The notes under the pieces were generated by a model. That model was not told the origin of the DNA. It made no database searches and saw only the letters and a program-made list of their open reading frames with translations. This document shows positions 50,226-62,519 of a stretch of DNA of 64,000 bases, piece after piece. The DNA lies in NCBI GenBank assembly GCA_030704615.1, contig CM060731.1:1302001-1366000 (forward strand), given 5' to 3'. The DNA comes from Takakia lepidozioides. Lineage: Eukaryota; Plantae; Bryophyta. A program made the position numbers and the translations under genes. Position 1 is the stretch's first letter; each line of letters opens with the position of its first letter.

Positions 50226-53200
50226 CACTAGAAGCATTCGTGTCTTTTTCGTATCGACTGCATGTCCGCGACCACTCCGGGAACCACTTGGTAGTAAACG
50301 GGACTACTGGAGAGTCGAAACAGACAAAATTTGAAAAAGCCAAAATTGCAAGTGGTTGTAATTACTGCACATGCGACTACAAATTTGTATTCCTAATTCG
50401 ATTAATGGAATAAAGATATTTATTCATTAAAGTGAATATGTAGTCGACTCAACGACTCCATGAACCACTGCGCATTCATTGCACCCATGACTCGGCAGCA
50501 CATTTGCTGACGTGGCTTTCACAAAAAGAGGTAAACAAAATGTGGCCTTGGGGGAATAGATATTTTAATACATGCTGCCTCCACTTGGCTTGTCTGGCAA
50601 GGATGCAAGTGCTGCGTCGGACATGGCGGGACATGGGAATGCAAATCCTGACACGGCAAGGCCTTCGTATACTGTGAGCGCGCGTAGTGGCTTCTCAGAA
50701 CGGTGTGACATCGGGTTCTTGGTCATTCAACATTTACAGAATGTGCTGGATGGAGGCATGATGGAGTGCACGGAGAGGTAAAGGCTGAAAGCGTTCATTA
50801 AGGTTGTGAACTACAATTATATCATGCCAAACCAGTTTTTCGGTACGCAGATGGTGTCATGAGAGATTCTGCGATTTGCGCATAGGTGGACTTAATTTTG
50901 ATGTTGACTTGAAGGCAAATGTGACACCAGTGAAACTGGAAACTACAGGTAAGATGATGGCGTGCTACATCGCGACATAAACCTGCATTTGACATTCAGG
51001 CTTAGGATTCATGCAATTTGGTGCTACTCAGGCCTGCACAGTTCCAGAGCAGAAGTGGGAGCCTATCCCAGGGATGGGGACCTCGTAAGTGCTTCTTCAT
51101 TTTGTACTCACCTTGTTTTTTGCATCGCACTTGTGCTACAAGGGGCAGAGCCATTCATTTGGCTGGAGGTTCAATTCCTCTACAAGTGAGCTATTCCCGT
51201 GTCACTACAATCAATTAGATGTGTTTGTGGTGGTTGCTGGATTTGCGGCTCTGGGATGTCTTGCCAAGTGCTTGCAGGGATCAACGTTAATGTGGACGGG
51301 GCAGTACATGTAGCATAAAAGCTCATTCACTGGTGAAGAAGACCATGTGCGAACATATGTCATGCTATTGCTTCGAGAGTGCTGCTGTTGGGCAGGTGGG
51401 AGAATGGAACAACGGTGAGAAGGAAAGCAAGGGAAGCACAAAAATGTGTCGTTCGGTCCTGCTCCTTTGGAGACACCCCCCATTCCACTGGTCTTTGTTC
51501 CTGGAAAGCATGCAGATGGGCCAAAAAATGCATGCACACATTCACGTCTACTTCCCCTACATGAAGACGATCCTCTCCTCACATGTCAGAAACAATATGG
51601 GCAGAACAAAAAAAAGTTTGTTCACAAGACAGTCAGTGACCACATACCCATACATTATCGATACTATTAACTGTCTCGCCCTTACTTATAAGCAGGACTG
51701 TACAAAATGGGTTCTAAGGACAGTAAGAGTCCTTAGCATAGCTCTCGTCTATGAGCTGCTGGCTTAATGGACACTGAGATTCAGCTGGGCTCACTATCCG
51801 TATCCAAATAATCTTCCCCTTCACTACCCACATCTGCAATTTGCCTGGCGGTAATTACCAACCCTGGAATGTCTTCCTCATTAAAGGTAACTGCTCCTTC
51901 CAAAGAGACTGGTTCGGCCATATCTGGTAGATTTCGTGGTTCCCTCAGACCCTCGTGGTCGGCATTCTCCCCTAGGTCCAGATCATGGACGTCGGCAACG
52001 ACTCGTTTGGCCCGGGGGTCCTTGTGAAGAACCACCTTCCATCCCGGCGCATGGATGTCATCTGAAAAGAAAACTTGCTCAACTTGCGATGGGAAGATGA
52101 ATGGCTCTTCATCTTGTGGTAGCATTTTTCTGAAATCAGCAAGGAGGAACCCGTACTCATCCCGTTTCATGGTGGCATTCTCTCCTACCATATTGGCTTT
52201 TACCCAAGAACAACGGAATAGAATTGGCTTCACAAGACCATAGTCTAGTTTAAGGATCTCTTTGATCACTCCTACATATTGCACATGGCATGAAATTGGA
52301 TTCCGATCTCGTGCACAGCTCCTACTCTCTTGTTCAAAAAATGATGCCACTCCGCTGTCATAAGTCACCAGGAGGCTGGTGTTGGCATCGTCCACTCTAT
52401 AGTGATTGCCATATGCTTTCATTGACCGGTACGAAGTGACAATCAGCCCTGGGGGGAATGACAGACTCACCATGCCCTCATCTGGGTCCTCGTTCTTTGA
52501 TGCGTACACTGCAATTGCAGATCTGACCCACACTGTAAAGGGCTGCAGCTCCTCCATTGTTGTCGGGTACTCCACCGGGGATCTGCGCCTACGACCGCCC
52601 CTCCGCCATGCTTTTGCAAATGCTCTCCGTTCCGTTTTCAGGCGGACCTTCTCCGCTGCGTATTTTCTGGCAGAAACCAAATAGAAGCTGCAACTCAGTC
52701 CCCCTGACCAACACCGTACTGTACATGCATGCCACATGTAGAGTGTGTCCTTTCAAGCACATTGTAGTGATGCAGCCTACTTCATGATCACTTGCAAGCA
52801 ACAACACCAACTACGAAACACCCTCTGTTGCGTCTAAAGCACCCTGTTAGTACACGATCCCACTCCCATAGTGGCCGGAATGACTTGTGACAATATATAT
52901 ATGTAATTCATGCATACAAAGACCATTAAGAATAGCACAGGAGGGATGTAAAGTTTACACCCACTGTCTCCATGGTGTCATGGTTGTTGTGTTGTTCAGC
53001 ACATAATCTACGGGCCCACATACATGCAGCTCCTCTACAAGATGCACTAGCAAGTGCGTCATGACGTCAAAGAATGATGGAGGGAATTCTTTCTCCAGCA
53101 AACATAGGGTCACAGCCACATCCTCATGCAACGATGTAATGTCCCTCGGATCCCACACCTTTGCACAAATCTTCCTAAACACTCGACTTACACGCATTAT

Positions 53201-55630
53201 GGCTGTTCGAGGACCCGACGCCATCGTACCCCGAATGCACACTAGCAAAATCTGCTGCATCATCACGTGTAGATCATGTGACTTCATCCCCGACCATTTC
53301 TTGTTTATGGCATGCTTTTGGAAAGCACCCGAGAATCCGGTTGGCACTTTCATGGCTCCCAATGTCTTCAAAAATTCCTCTTGCTCTGATTTGGTCAGGA
53401 CGTATGATGCTGCTGGCATGAGCACTTTTCCTGGTCTATTTGGATCAGGCCTTAGCCACAGATGTGACCGTATCCCTTCAATCTCCATGTCCTTTCGTAC
53501 GTTTATCGTATCCTTCTCCCCAAAGATAGTCTTTAGAATGTTCTCGCAAAAGTTCTTCTCACAATGCATGGGGTCCAGGAGGTACCGCTGCAAGAGGTTC
53601 TGAAATGCCAAATGTCCTCCCATGAGACCAAGTTCTATGGGCAAAAATAGTAGAATATGTGGCAGAAGTTGTCCATGTTACTACATTCTGCTTTCAACAA
53701 CTGCACGATCCTCTACACAGTGAGGTGTACGACTTCAACATTTACTGCATAGTAGTTACACTGACTTAGGAGTTGGTGGAAGGACTCCTGACAGTAAAGG
53801 TAATTCCAGGAAGCACAATGTGAAAGAAAGTGAGTGAATGGGGGGGGGGGGGGATTCATGCACCTTCCAGTATGGCAAATCCCAAAGGATTGTCCGGCGC
53901 TTCACCCCGTGCGACATGGCTGGATCCGCACTACTTCCTTCTCTCCCTCCAATCTCCATGAATGCCTCTTTCTCCTTTGCAAATTGCAATGTCTCCTCTG
54001 GTGTCACAGCATTTGGTGCCATTCTCTTTTCAACACATCCATTGAAGTGCCAGCCTGCTCATCGGTAGGGGTGGTTTCTTGCAAGGTAACGTCGATGCCC
54101 CATGTATATTGTCTTCCCTAATGGCTTTGAGTGCCGTGAATCCACATAGGGCCCACAAATGGGGCACCCTTTGTAGCCCTTCGTCTTGCAACCCGCAACA
54201 AGGCCATATGCGGGGAAATCGTGGATTGACCACATGGTATGGCACGGAGGGTGAAACTCCGTTGCCCTACTGGTTTCAAAATGTCGTAAGCTTCAACTCC
54301 AATCTATAGTTCTTGTAGCTCTTCAATCAATGGTTGCAAATACACATCTATGTTTGCATTTGTCACGGACTCCTTGCCTGGAATCAAGAGAGACAACATG
54401 ACAAAGAATTTCTTTGTTGTCAACCATGGTGGCAGGTTGTATGCCACCAACTGCACGGGCCATGTGGACCATGTGCAACTCTTTGATCCGTATGGGTTTA
54501 CTCCATCTGTAGATACAGCCAATCGCACATTGCGTGGGTCCTCGGCGAAATTGGGCCAAGTTGCATCTATATGCTTCCATGCAAGGGAATCTGGGACATG
54601 CCTTACCAAACCATCGTTTGAGGCATTCTTGGAATGCCAAGTCATGAACTCACTAATGGTCTTGCATTTGTACATTCGTAATAGACGGGGGATAAGGGGA
54701 AAGTGCCTCAACACCTTGGCTGGCTGTTGTAACCTGCCCACATCATGGTATCGGGCTGCACCGCATTTGGGGCACTCCATAGCGTCCTTGTACTCTCTTC
54801 TGAAAAGTACATGTCCTTTTGGACATGCATATATTTTCACGTAGTTGAGGCCGAGTTTCCCAATCATTTTCTTGGCCATGTGACAGTTTTTTGGCATTTC
54901 ATTTGGTTGTGGAAGCAAGTTCAGCCGAAGCAAAGAGAACAACTCGTCCACAAAATGGTCTGACACACCATGGGTTGTGCACAGGTTCATCAACAACATG
55001 CTGGCAGCAAGCTTTGTGGATTTGCATCCCTCGTACAGTGGCACACATGCTTCTTCTAGTGTCATGTGTGCAGAATTCTCATTTCCATCTCCACCTCCTT
55101 CCACGCCTTCCCCCACGTGAATGCCTTCATTTCCTCCGTCATCACCATCCCCAGTTGTCGCAGCGCCGTCCCCTTCTTCAGCATCGTCCATGATGTGGAA
55201 TGCTTCCTGCAACATTCTAGTAATCTCCACCCCTCCGTCCATGCCTGGTTCCTGTCCTGCGCCCATGACATAGTCCTCGTCTGGCCTGTCTGTATGGCTC
55301 CCTCGGGGGTGTGCATTGTCCAATTGTGCCCACTCCTCATCGTCTTCGTCTGCAGGTCCATCTCCAATCCACACCCGAAATGCTTCATGTCTTTTGTGGT
55401 GAAGGAGATGTGTGCGCACACCGTCCTCAGATCTACTTGTAGTGCCCAACAACGTTCACATGGGCATGGCATCCTTGAAAGCCCAAGGGCTCGGGCACGT
55501 GCCACTTCTCTTTCCCACAACCTGTCATCCCGGTTGTTCTGTCTACAGGGGTGATTAATTGGAAGTCCTCCGCATGGGCGAGGGGAACTCATTTTTGTTG
55601 GGGAACTCAAGACAGACAGGAGAGAGAAGT
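50226..55630 (-). mobile_element. CACTA (En/Spm) element, first arm
   Basis: Terminus CACTAGAAGCATTCGTGTC (50226-50244) preceded by GAT, subterminal GACTAC/GACTC motifs, and a TnpD-type gene inside. The inner breakpoint is approximate. Confidence 0.88.
51781..55610 (-). pseudogene. CACTA TnpD-type transposase (Transposase_21, DUF4218, DUF4216-like regions), defective
   Basis: MPCPCERC; YVKIYACPKGHVLFR...CPKCGAARY; VLRHFPLIPRL; PRNVRLAVSTDGVNPY; STWPV...YNLPPWL; IDVYLQPLIEELQEL; LDPMHCEKNFCEN; GMKSHDLHVMMQ; FPPSFFDVMTHLLVHLVEEL; YVGVIKEILKLDY...LFRCSW; EPFIFPSQVEQVFF. It has frameshifts and loses sequence after CGPV. Confidence 0.92.
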
Positions 55631-56169
55631 GGGTCTATGGGCGTATCAGAATTACAAGAGCACACCAAAAGACTGGAGATTTGTTCCATCTATGCACCTT
55701 CGGTACAGATGGTGAAGAGAGGCAAAGGCCGTGTGGGGAAGTACATACATCAACTCCCCCAACTGCACGAACTATTGGGCCCCTTGTTCTCTTCCATGGT
55801 ATGCTCTGCCCCAATCCAAACACCCTGAATTCTCCATTGTTGCTACTGCAGCCTGCTTTCATTCACATCAACAGCATGTCAAGGGCGTCACAAGAACTTC
55901 CTATAGGAAATGTGACAATTTATGGGAGAGGAGATATGTCAATCATATCTTCATTTACCAGGAAAGATGATACCCCCATCCCCACCTCACAGCCAACAAT
56001 CTCCACGACGCCAGACTTTCATATGTCAGCATGCACCTGTTTTGACCTTCTGGCAGGCTGGCCCACACCTTTGAAGTAACACAAACGGATATGACCTGGT
56101 CAAATTTCCCCTTTTCAGCCTCAACGACACTCCCTGTGCCCAGCTGTAGAAGAGGGCAAGCAGGTCTTT

Positions 56170-56757
56170 GGATATTCTCAGCAAGGGCATGACAAAGATG
56201 CTCTGCAACTTTTCAACCAAGTTTTGAAACAGCAAGGGGTGAAGCCAAATGATGTTACACTCATTGCAGTTCTGTCTGCATGCAGCCATATGGGCCTAGT
56301 ACATGAAGGACAACACTATTTCCATTCTATGAGTAGAGATTATAGATTGTACTCATAAGACGTTGTATGTCGTAGCCTTGTGGCCATTGACCCTGCGCCC
56401 AGTTTGAGCGGGAACAAAAGGAACAGAACCTACCTCCGTCAGGGGCTCAGGGGCTGACGGTGGTAGTAAGACTTACCATCATATAAGGAATTAATCCGGG
56501 TTTTCCAAATATCCTCTAGAAAACCCTTCACACAAGCATCAATCTGCTGTGTATGATAATAGAATCATTCCAACAGGAAAACATTTTGGCTGCATGGTTG
56601 ACCTTCTTGGCCGTGCAGGGCGCTTGGATGAGGCGGAGAATTTCATCAACAGAATGCCAATTAAACCAGATGCTTTAGTGTGGGGCTTTACTTGGTGCCT
56701 GCTGAATACATGGCAATGTGAAGCTAGCAGAGCGTGCTGCAGAATGTTGTCTCAAAG
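56170..56757 (+). pseudogene. PLS/E-class pentatricopeptide repeat (PPR) gene fragment
   Basis: GYSQQGHDKDALQLF...GVKPNDVTLIAVLSACSHMGLVHEGQHYFHSMSRDY | [42 protein letters not shown]...[12 protein letters not shown]. It is interrupted and frameshifted. Confidence 0.85.
56347..56558. mobile_element. 212-bp insertion in the PPR fragment with 5-bp TSD (possible degenerate solo LTR)
   Basis: ATAGA is duplicated at 56342-56346 and 56559-56563, and removal restores SRDYRIIP. The ends are not canonical TG...CA. Confidence 0.5.
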
Positions 56758-56944
56758 GTGAAAAGTTTCAGATGCAGACATACGGTGTGACATTTTTGGT
56801 AGTCAGTGAAGGACCGAAAGTGAGGAAAGAGATATGTGTATCACGTCTGTGGGATTCCTAAAGGGCCACAAGGAGTAGAATAACAAACAAATAACCATAG
56901 AAGGGCCCACAAAGAGTCAGAGAACTACTCAAGGCTAATATCGG

Positions 56945-57066
56945 TTCATTGTTGCAACTGGCCCCACCATCTGACCTTGAATTTATGTTGTCGGGAGCTT
57001 AAGGAACGAATGCCAAACTCGCCCCGAACAGCCACATTGGCTGTTTTGGAGCATGCTGACATGCAC
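56945..57066 (-). mobile_element. LINE ORF2 fragment (same family as 58558-59706)
   Basis: The reverse complement matches the 58900-59020 region (gttcggggcgagtttggcatt...taagctcccga...aattcaaggtcagatggtgggg). Confidence 0.7.
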
Positions 57067-58198
57067 ATGAAAACCGCGTCAAGGGCTTGGTGTCAATTGT
57101 GCTAAGAGATCAGCTAGTGAGTCGAGGTAACCCTCCCCGTGATTGTGAAAAAGAAGACATACCGAGTCATTTTCTTATCCAAGCATATATTAACCATGAT
57201 AGATGAGACCTTTAGTTTTTTGGATGGATAATAGACAAGGCCGCTTTTAAGGACATTGACCATCCTACCAGGACTACCTCTCATTTGCTTGAAGCCTGGA
57301 CTGCAATAAGACATTGAGGATATGAACTGTTCAGCATTACAAAAAATGAAAGAAACAAAGAAACTATATGATGTCCACTGGAGATTACAGAACAAGCCTG
57401 CATAACAGGCCAACCAAATGTCAGTTGTGTGAATCACTACATCTAGTTGTCTGGAGGACTGTAAGTGGTTTAGGGTTTAACGTCTCAAAGTCGAAAAGGC
57501 CATAGTGTCGGATGCACAACACGTGTTCATATTTGAAATCAACAACGGCCGGATCTTCACCTTGAGCTCGGGGGGTGTGTGATCACACTCCCCTCCTTGT
57601 CCTTCTTTCCTCCTTTGCATGTCTTGGTCTTCCTCGCTCATCTTTGTCTTGCTCATGGTCTATGTCCTCGCTCGTCTTCATCTTTGTCATGGTCTATGTT
57701 CACGCCTAGTAAGAAGCGGTCGACCGCCGAGGCAGCATCACCTCCTCCCACTTGTGCACATTCCAGCCTCGCGGTGCGAAGGAGCCCCCGCCTGGTTCGA
57801 CTGAATCTGGTACAGATGGCGTCGGTGCGAGAGGGAAGGCAGAGCAGTGGGCGGTCTTCCAGTTTGGATTCTGACACAAGCGACTATAGCATGGGCGACG
57901 ACGATGAGGTGGAGGACAGTTCGGCGGAAATTGCACCTCCATCTGCAGAGTCTCTCCAAAAGGTGCGCAAACGGCACAAACCCGTTGCGCATGAGGTGAG
58001 TTCTACCCCTACTTCTGTTCATGTTCTATGGGCGTTGAGTTCTCCTGAAACTGAAACTGGGATGCACATATCCATAAAGTTGTTCAATCGGATCTCGTAG
58101 TATAGAGGGCAGTAGAAGAAGAAGGGTTCTTCAGTTTCAATTTCCTTGCTGCGCCCTATGCAAGCTGGACATAGGCGGTCCTCCCGTTGCAGGTTTTC

Positions 58199-58440
58199 CT
58201 ATCTGCCAGTCTCTATCCGTAGGTTGTGGGAACCCACCCTGAACTGCCCCAATGCCCTCAGGAGGGAAGGAGCTAAGGGTGCTGAAAGGTAATTTGGTCT
58301 CAAACTTCTATCATCGCGGAGCACCAAGAATGTCTCTCGATAGAAGTGGAGCTTTGTTATGAGATTGGGTAGCATCCAAGTTCTCTTCACATGTAATTCC
58401 ATAAGCTCTCTCCGAATGAGTCCCATAGTCTTTGCAGAAC
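58199..58440 (-). mobile_element. LINE ORF2 C-terminal fragment (different family)
   Basis: TKLHFYRETF...PNYL...RALGQFRVGSHNLRIETGR, a typical non-LTR ORF2 C-terminal motif. Confidence 0.7.
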
Positions 58441-58557
58441 TGTTCCAAAATTTAGAGATGGCGTTGCAGAAAGACCGGGGATTGTGCCAAAAGGGCAACA
58501 TCATCAGCGTAGAGGAGATGTGATTGGGCAGAAAATGAAGTTAGGCAGAAATGTGCA

Positions 58558-59706
58558 GTGGTAGCAATCAACGACAGAGGAGAGGGAGGAAGTGATCTTA
58601 AGTGGCAGTGGGGTAGCCAAGAGATCTCGGTCCTCCCTTCCTACACTTACCTAGGCGTTGAGTTTTCCTCCAATTGTAATTGGGATGCACATATACGGAA
58701 AGTTGTTCAAACTGGCAAGGGCAAAGCTTTGGGGCTCACTAAATTTTTCCACTGCAGAGGGGTCATCTATGAGGTTAAGAAAACCATGCTTTGTCGCGTT
58801 ATTAGACCTGCCTTGGAGTACGGATCTGCTATATGGGTTGATAACTCCAACCAGGCTAAGTCTCTAGAATCCATTCAAGTGGGGGTGCTTAAGGAGTGTA
58901 TGTCAGTATGGAGAAAACAACCAATGTGGCTGTTCGGGGGTGAGTTTGGCATCCCATCCTTAAGCTCCCGATGAGATGAATTCAAGGTCAGATGGTGGGG
59001 TCAGCTGCAACATATGCCCAACACCAGATATCCTAAGTTGATCGACTCTAAATCTTGGAAACAGGACCGCCCTGTCAAACAGACTAAGTCCTGGCAGAAG
59101 AGAGTAGAAAAGATTCTCAAGGACCTGGACCTGGATCCGCAAGTCTTGACCCTGCTGGATAAATCTGCCTTACAGGCTGTAGTGTCTGAAGCCATGTCTG
59201 TTGCCATGAGATTGTCTGATGAAAATGAAGTTAGGCAGAGAACTTCCCTGAACTTGTTTCCAGTCAGTGACATGGGGGTGGACATCTTGGATGACCTGAA
59301 GGGTCCACCCACTCTCGGCACTAGACTGAAATTTAAACTCAGGGCAGGAAGCCTACCTTTGAACAGCAAACAAAAGCAGATCGGAAAGGGAGAGTGCAAT
59401 TGTCCGTTGTGTGGGCAATCTGAAGACAATATTCATTTTCTGATACGCTGTCCGGGGTTCTCTCACCAAAGAGACGCTCTCTTCAATTCTATCAAGGGAA
59501 TTGTGCCTGTACCCCTGTTTACCAACTTTGAAAGACTCGAGGCTGAGCCAAAAGCCCAGGCCCTCCTGAGGCCTAGTTTTTGGGGAAATCACACACAGCA
59601 GATTGATGCTTGTGTGAAGGGATTTCTAGAGGATATCTGGAAAACCCGGATCAATGCTTTATACAAAGGTAAGTCTTACTACCAACGTCATAGGGTCATT
59701 GTCTGA
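58558..59706 (+). mobile_element. 5'-truncated LINE (end of RT, thumb, C-terminal CCHC)
   Basis: SYTYLGVEFSSNCNWDAHI, VIRPALEYGSAIW, LKFKLRAGSLPLN, CPLCGQSEDNIHFLIRCPGF. One frameshift and stop near 58920-58975. Confidence 0.85.
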
Positions 59707-60099
59707 CTCGCTGCCCGGGGTGCTATCACCATACAGACCACCGGATATCCAAGCTATCAATTGAATTGTGTCTGCACCTGTGTTTACAAACATTGAGAGT
59801 CTTTAGGCCTTTTGGGGCTCCGATGCTGGGCTCCGCCATACAGCCATTTGCTGATTGTGTGAATAGATGTCCACTCCCTATGTGCAAAACCCAGATGGAT
59901 GTTCTGTTACTTGGAACTCTATTTGTTGAATCTCTTGATGCCCTTGAAGCCTGCCGGGAAGCCCGCCATTCTTGCCAATCACGAAGCTCTTCTTCTTCTT
60001 TTCAAATTCGCTCCTTGAATGTGACTGGGCAAAATAATTTAAAAAAATGATAAAGTAAAAGTGCAAGTGGAAGACACTTTCAAGATCAAATTCTCCATA

Positions 60100-60806
60100 A
60101 ACAGCAAACAGTGTGATAAGTACATACCAAGGTAATCAGGTTCCTTTTGTTGTGGGATCCAAACACGAGAACAACATATCTTCCATACCAAGCCCAATAG
60201 GCATGGTCGCGACCAATAGGCTTATGAGAACACTTGGCAGGGTTCTCGCTGATGTAATCTACGACTGTTGAAGCTGCAGTCATTTTCAATATATATGGCT
60301 ACACAACTTTTGTCATATCATCCTGGTCAACCAAGCCCTTGAGTGATGGCTTGTATGAAATAAGGAAGAATCCAGTATTTGGTGGGTTTCGGAGGCCCTT
60401 TGATGGCTCATCATCGACAATGAGTATTTGTCCCTGCGTTGCAAAGGGTGTACCAGGGTACTTGGCAAGAACAGTGCGAATATCCTTAACGAGATATTTC
60501 ATCCCAGGCATGATGTAACCGGTAGTGTCTTTGCAATCCTCAACTGACCAGATGAAGCAAAACTTCTTCGCAATTTTTGTAGGAACTAAGCACTCGAGCA
60601 TCCTACAAATAACATCTCTTTCAGCACATGACCAGATCGCCACGTGAAATTGCATGAACGCAAGGTTGAGTTTGGGGAACCACAAAAGGTCTGTCGGAAA
60701 CATGAACTGTAACTTTCCTGAAACGAAATCTCTTCTTAAACAATTCACCGGCGGTTGGAGGTGGCCGGTAGCAGAGGAGTCCGTTGACACTCAATATTAA
60801 CAACAT
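60100..60806 (-). pseudogene. Third FCP1/NIF-like HAD domain (in inverted segment)
   Basis: LLILSVNGLLC; FHVAIWSCAERD; FCFIWSVEDC; YLVKDIRTV; QILIVDDEPSKGLRNPPNTGFFLISY. It is frameshifted. Confidence 0.72.
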
Positions 60807-62266
60807 CCGTTTCCTCTTCCCCGATGTGGCAAATGAAGGTTGGTGGACGATGCCATCCTGCGCAATTTAAGTGTTCTCACCGTCAGAAACAAAACGATGT
60901 AGTGTTTCTTAGTTTCAGAGTGACCTCTACGTTTTCGGAGACATAAGTGTCCCGATAATGGACTACTGTAAAGGACCAAGAGTAGACCATATATCGAAGA
61001 GTTTGAGATCACGAAAAGATGAACGTTGGCTGTCAAGTGGAGGTTAGTGGACGCACCTTGTCGGGAGGCGCATTCATTAGAATGTTTTGCAGAAGAATAG
61101 TGGATTCCCGCGGGCTTGGATTGACGAGGTGCCACAACATCTGAGGGCGTCCTCATGTGTTTGGAGTCCGCTCTTTTTTTCTTGTCAGCCTTTTGTCCGT
61201 TGGAAAGATTTCCTGCAGATGAAGGAAATGGCTCGGGGGCTTTTTTTCGCCTCTTTGGTGCAGAACATTGTGCCAGCAGTTCAGGGTCACGCTGTGTCGA
61301 TGTTGGAGATGTTTTGCCATTGAATGACGGGAGGAGTGGAAGGGCAACAACAGACAATCACAGAAAATTGTCCCTTGAGAACTCGACATCCTGGATGGAA
61401 TGAAAACGCAACGAAGGAATAATTTACCTCGGAACTGCGTTCCAATGCAGACGTCGTTTGATAGGAAGGTCATAATCTGCAGTTTTTCTTACCTGGAGCG
61501 ACAGATGAATATCAGACCCCAAACTAAGTGAAACTAGGAGATGAGCAAGGAGCGAGAAATGAGTTTAAGTCACCTGACTCCTGCGGATTTGGGTTGTCCA
61601 ACCCTCGTGCTGGGGAGATATGCGAGGAAGAGACGGAACCAGGTGCAGCGGAGCCGTAGCCGAGTCCCCGACGGTTGCCCTGCGGGTTGGATAGACCGGG
61701 CCCTGCGTACTGAACAGGGAGGGTGAGGAATGTTGAGAGAGGTCGATAAAATCTCCGGGATATTTGGGTTCTTCACCTGCACCTTAGACTTTACACCCAG
61801 GAGGACCCGAGAGGAGAAGAGTGTCGTCCGCTTCCCGGGAGGACAAGGGTCTGACAAAGGATCCACCCTCAATTTGAACACCATCGTGAACCCTCGGAAA
61901 GCCTTCAATACTCCGACTCAGTGCTGATCCGGAGGGTTCCTTTAGGGGACTTGAGGAACCGATGACGTCGTCAGCATCTCCTTGAACCTGCCAAAGAGAC
62001 ATAATCATAAATCCGGGAGTGAAGAATGTGAACCTCCACTGAACAGTGGAGGTCACTAGATATAGTCATGTCCCCGTATGAAGGCCTGTATCAGAGTCTT
62101 GGGATTGCCCGGGATGTGCGTCAAGAATTCAACTGAAAAATGATTGAAAAATAGAGTACCATATCTATCACGTGTGTGATTACAAGGAAATGAAAATCAG
62201 AAACCATGAAGATATTCAATAGCTCAAGTGAGATAGGATTGATCAAAAATAATTTATTTTGAAGCA

Positions 62267-62519
62267 TTATATCTGAGACTCTTTAAAACCGTTGTCCTCA
62301 ATAAAATCCCAGAGTGGGCTAAACTTGGGATCGTTTGAAACATTGGGAAAAAAACTCAACCCTATCATTTTTTTCCTAAGATAGCTTGAAACAGTGGGAT
62401 GTTTCCTCATTCCAAGCAAATAGGTATGAAGAACCTTGAGAAGATAGCAACCATTAGTCTCCACGGTCTGGAACGGTTTGAGAACAAGACATGAGTCGGG
62501 CGGGCTCAATACACACATC
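62267..62519 (-). pseudogene. 3' part of the second FCP1/NIF-like HAD domain, displaced and inverted
   Basis: MCVLSPPDSCLVLKPF...YLLKVLHTYL continues NTLLIDDTAM (ending at 50225) in frame once the CACTA and one GAT copy are removed. Confidence 0.8.

Larger units (their letters stand above)
40025..62054. repeat. Dispersed 24-bp palindrome AACCTCCACTG-NN-CAGTGGAGGTT (about 10 copies)
   Basis: Copies at ~40026, 41464, 41680 (perfect), 41801, 44720, 47104 (perfect arms), 48235, 48619, 49648 and 62031. Confidence 0.88.
27160..62519. mobile_element. Large multi-gene DNA transposon with DUF7869/Sola1-like transposase (termini not identified; disrupted by nested MULE, CACTA and an inversion)
   Basis: The extent is inferred from the transposase, the divergent cargo genes and a shared 24-bp palindrome found from 40025 to 62054. 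No TIR or TSD was located, so the coordinates are a minimum envelope that includes nested and unrelated DNA. Confidence 0.55.

Noticed and set aside
27070-57135. TAGTGAGTC-GG-TAA similarity at ~27070 and ~57115 as possible termini of the outer element
   Set aside because: Only 9 bp match exactly, there is no TSD, and the transposase appears truncated just 90 bp away. Probably chance.
57579-58100. 173-aa ORF with Ser/acidic tract downstream of a telo-box-like motif
   Set aside because: It may be a first exon of another cargo gene, but it has no recognisable domain and is cut by LINE fragments, so it cannot be assigned.
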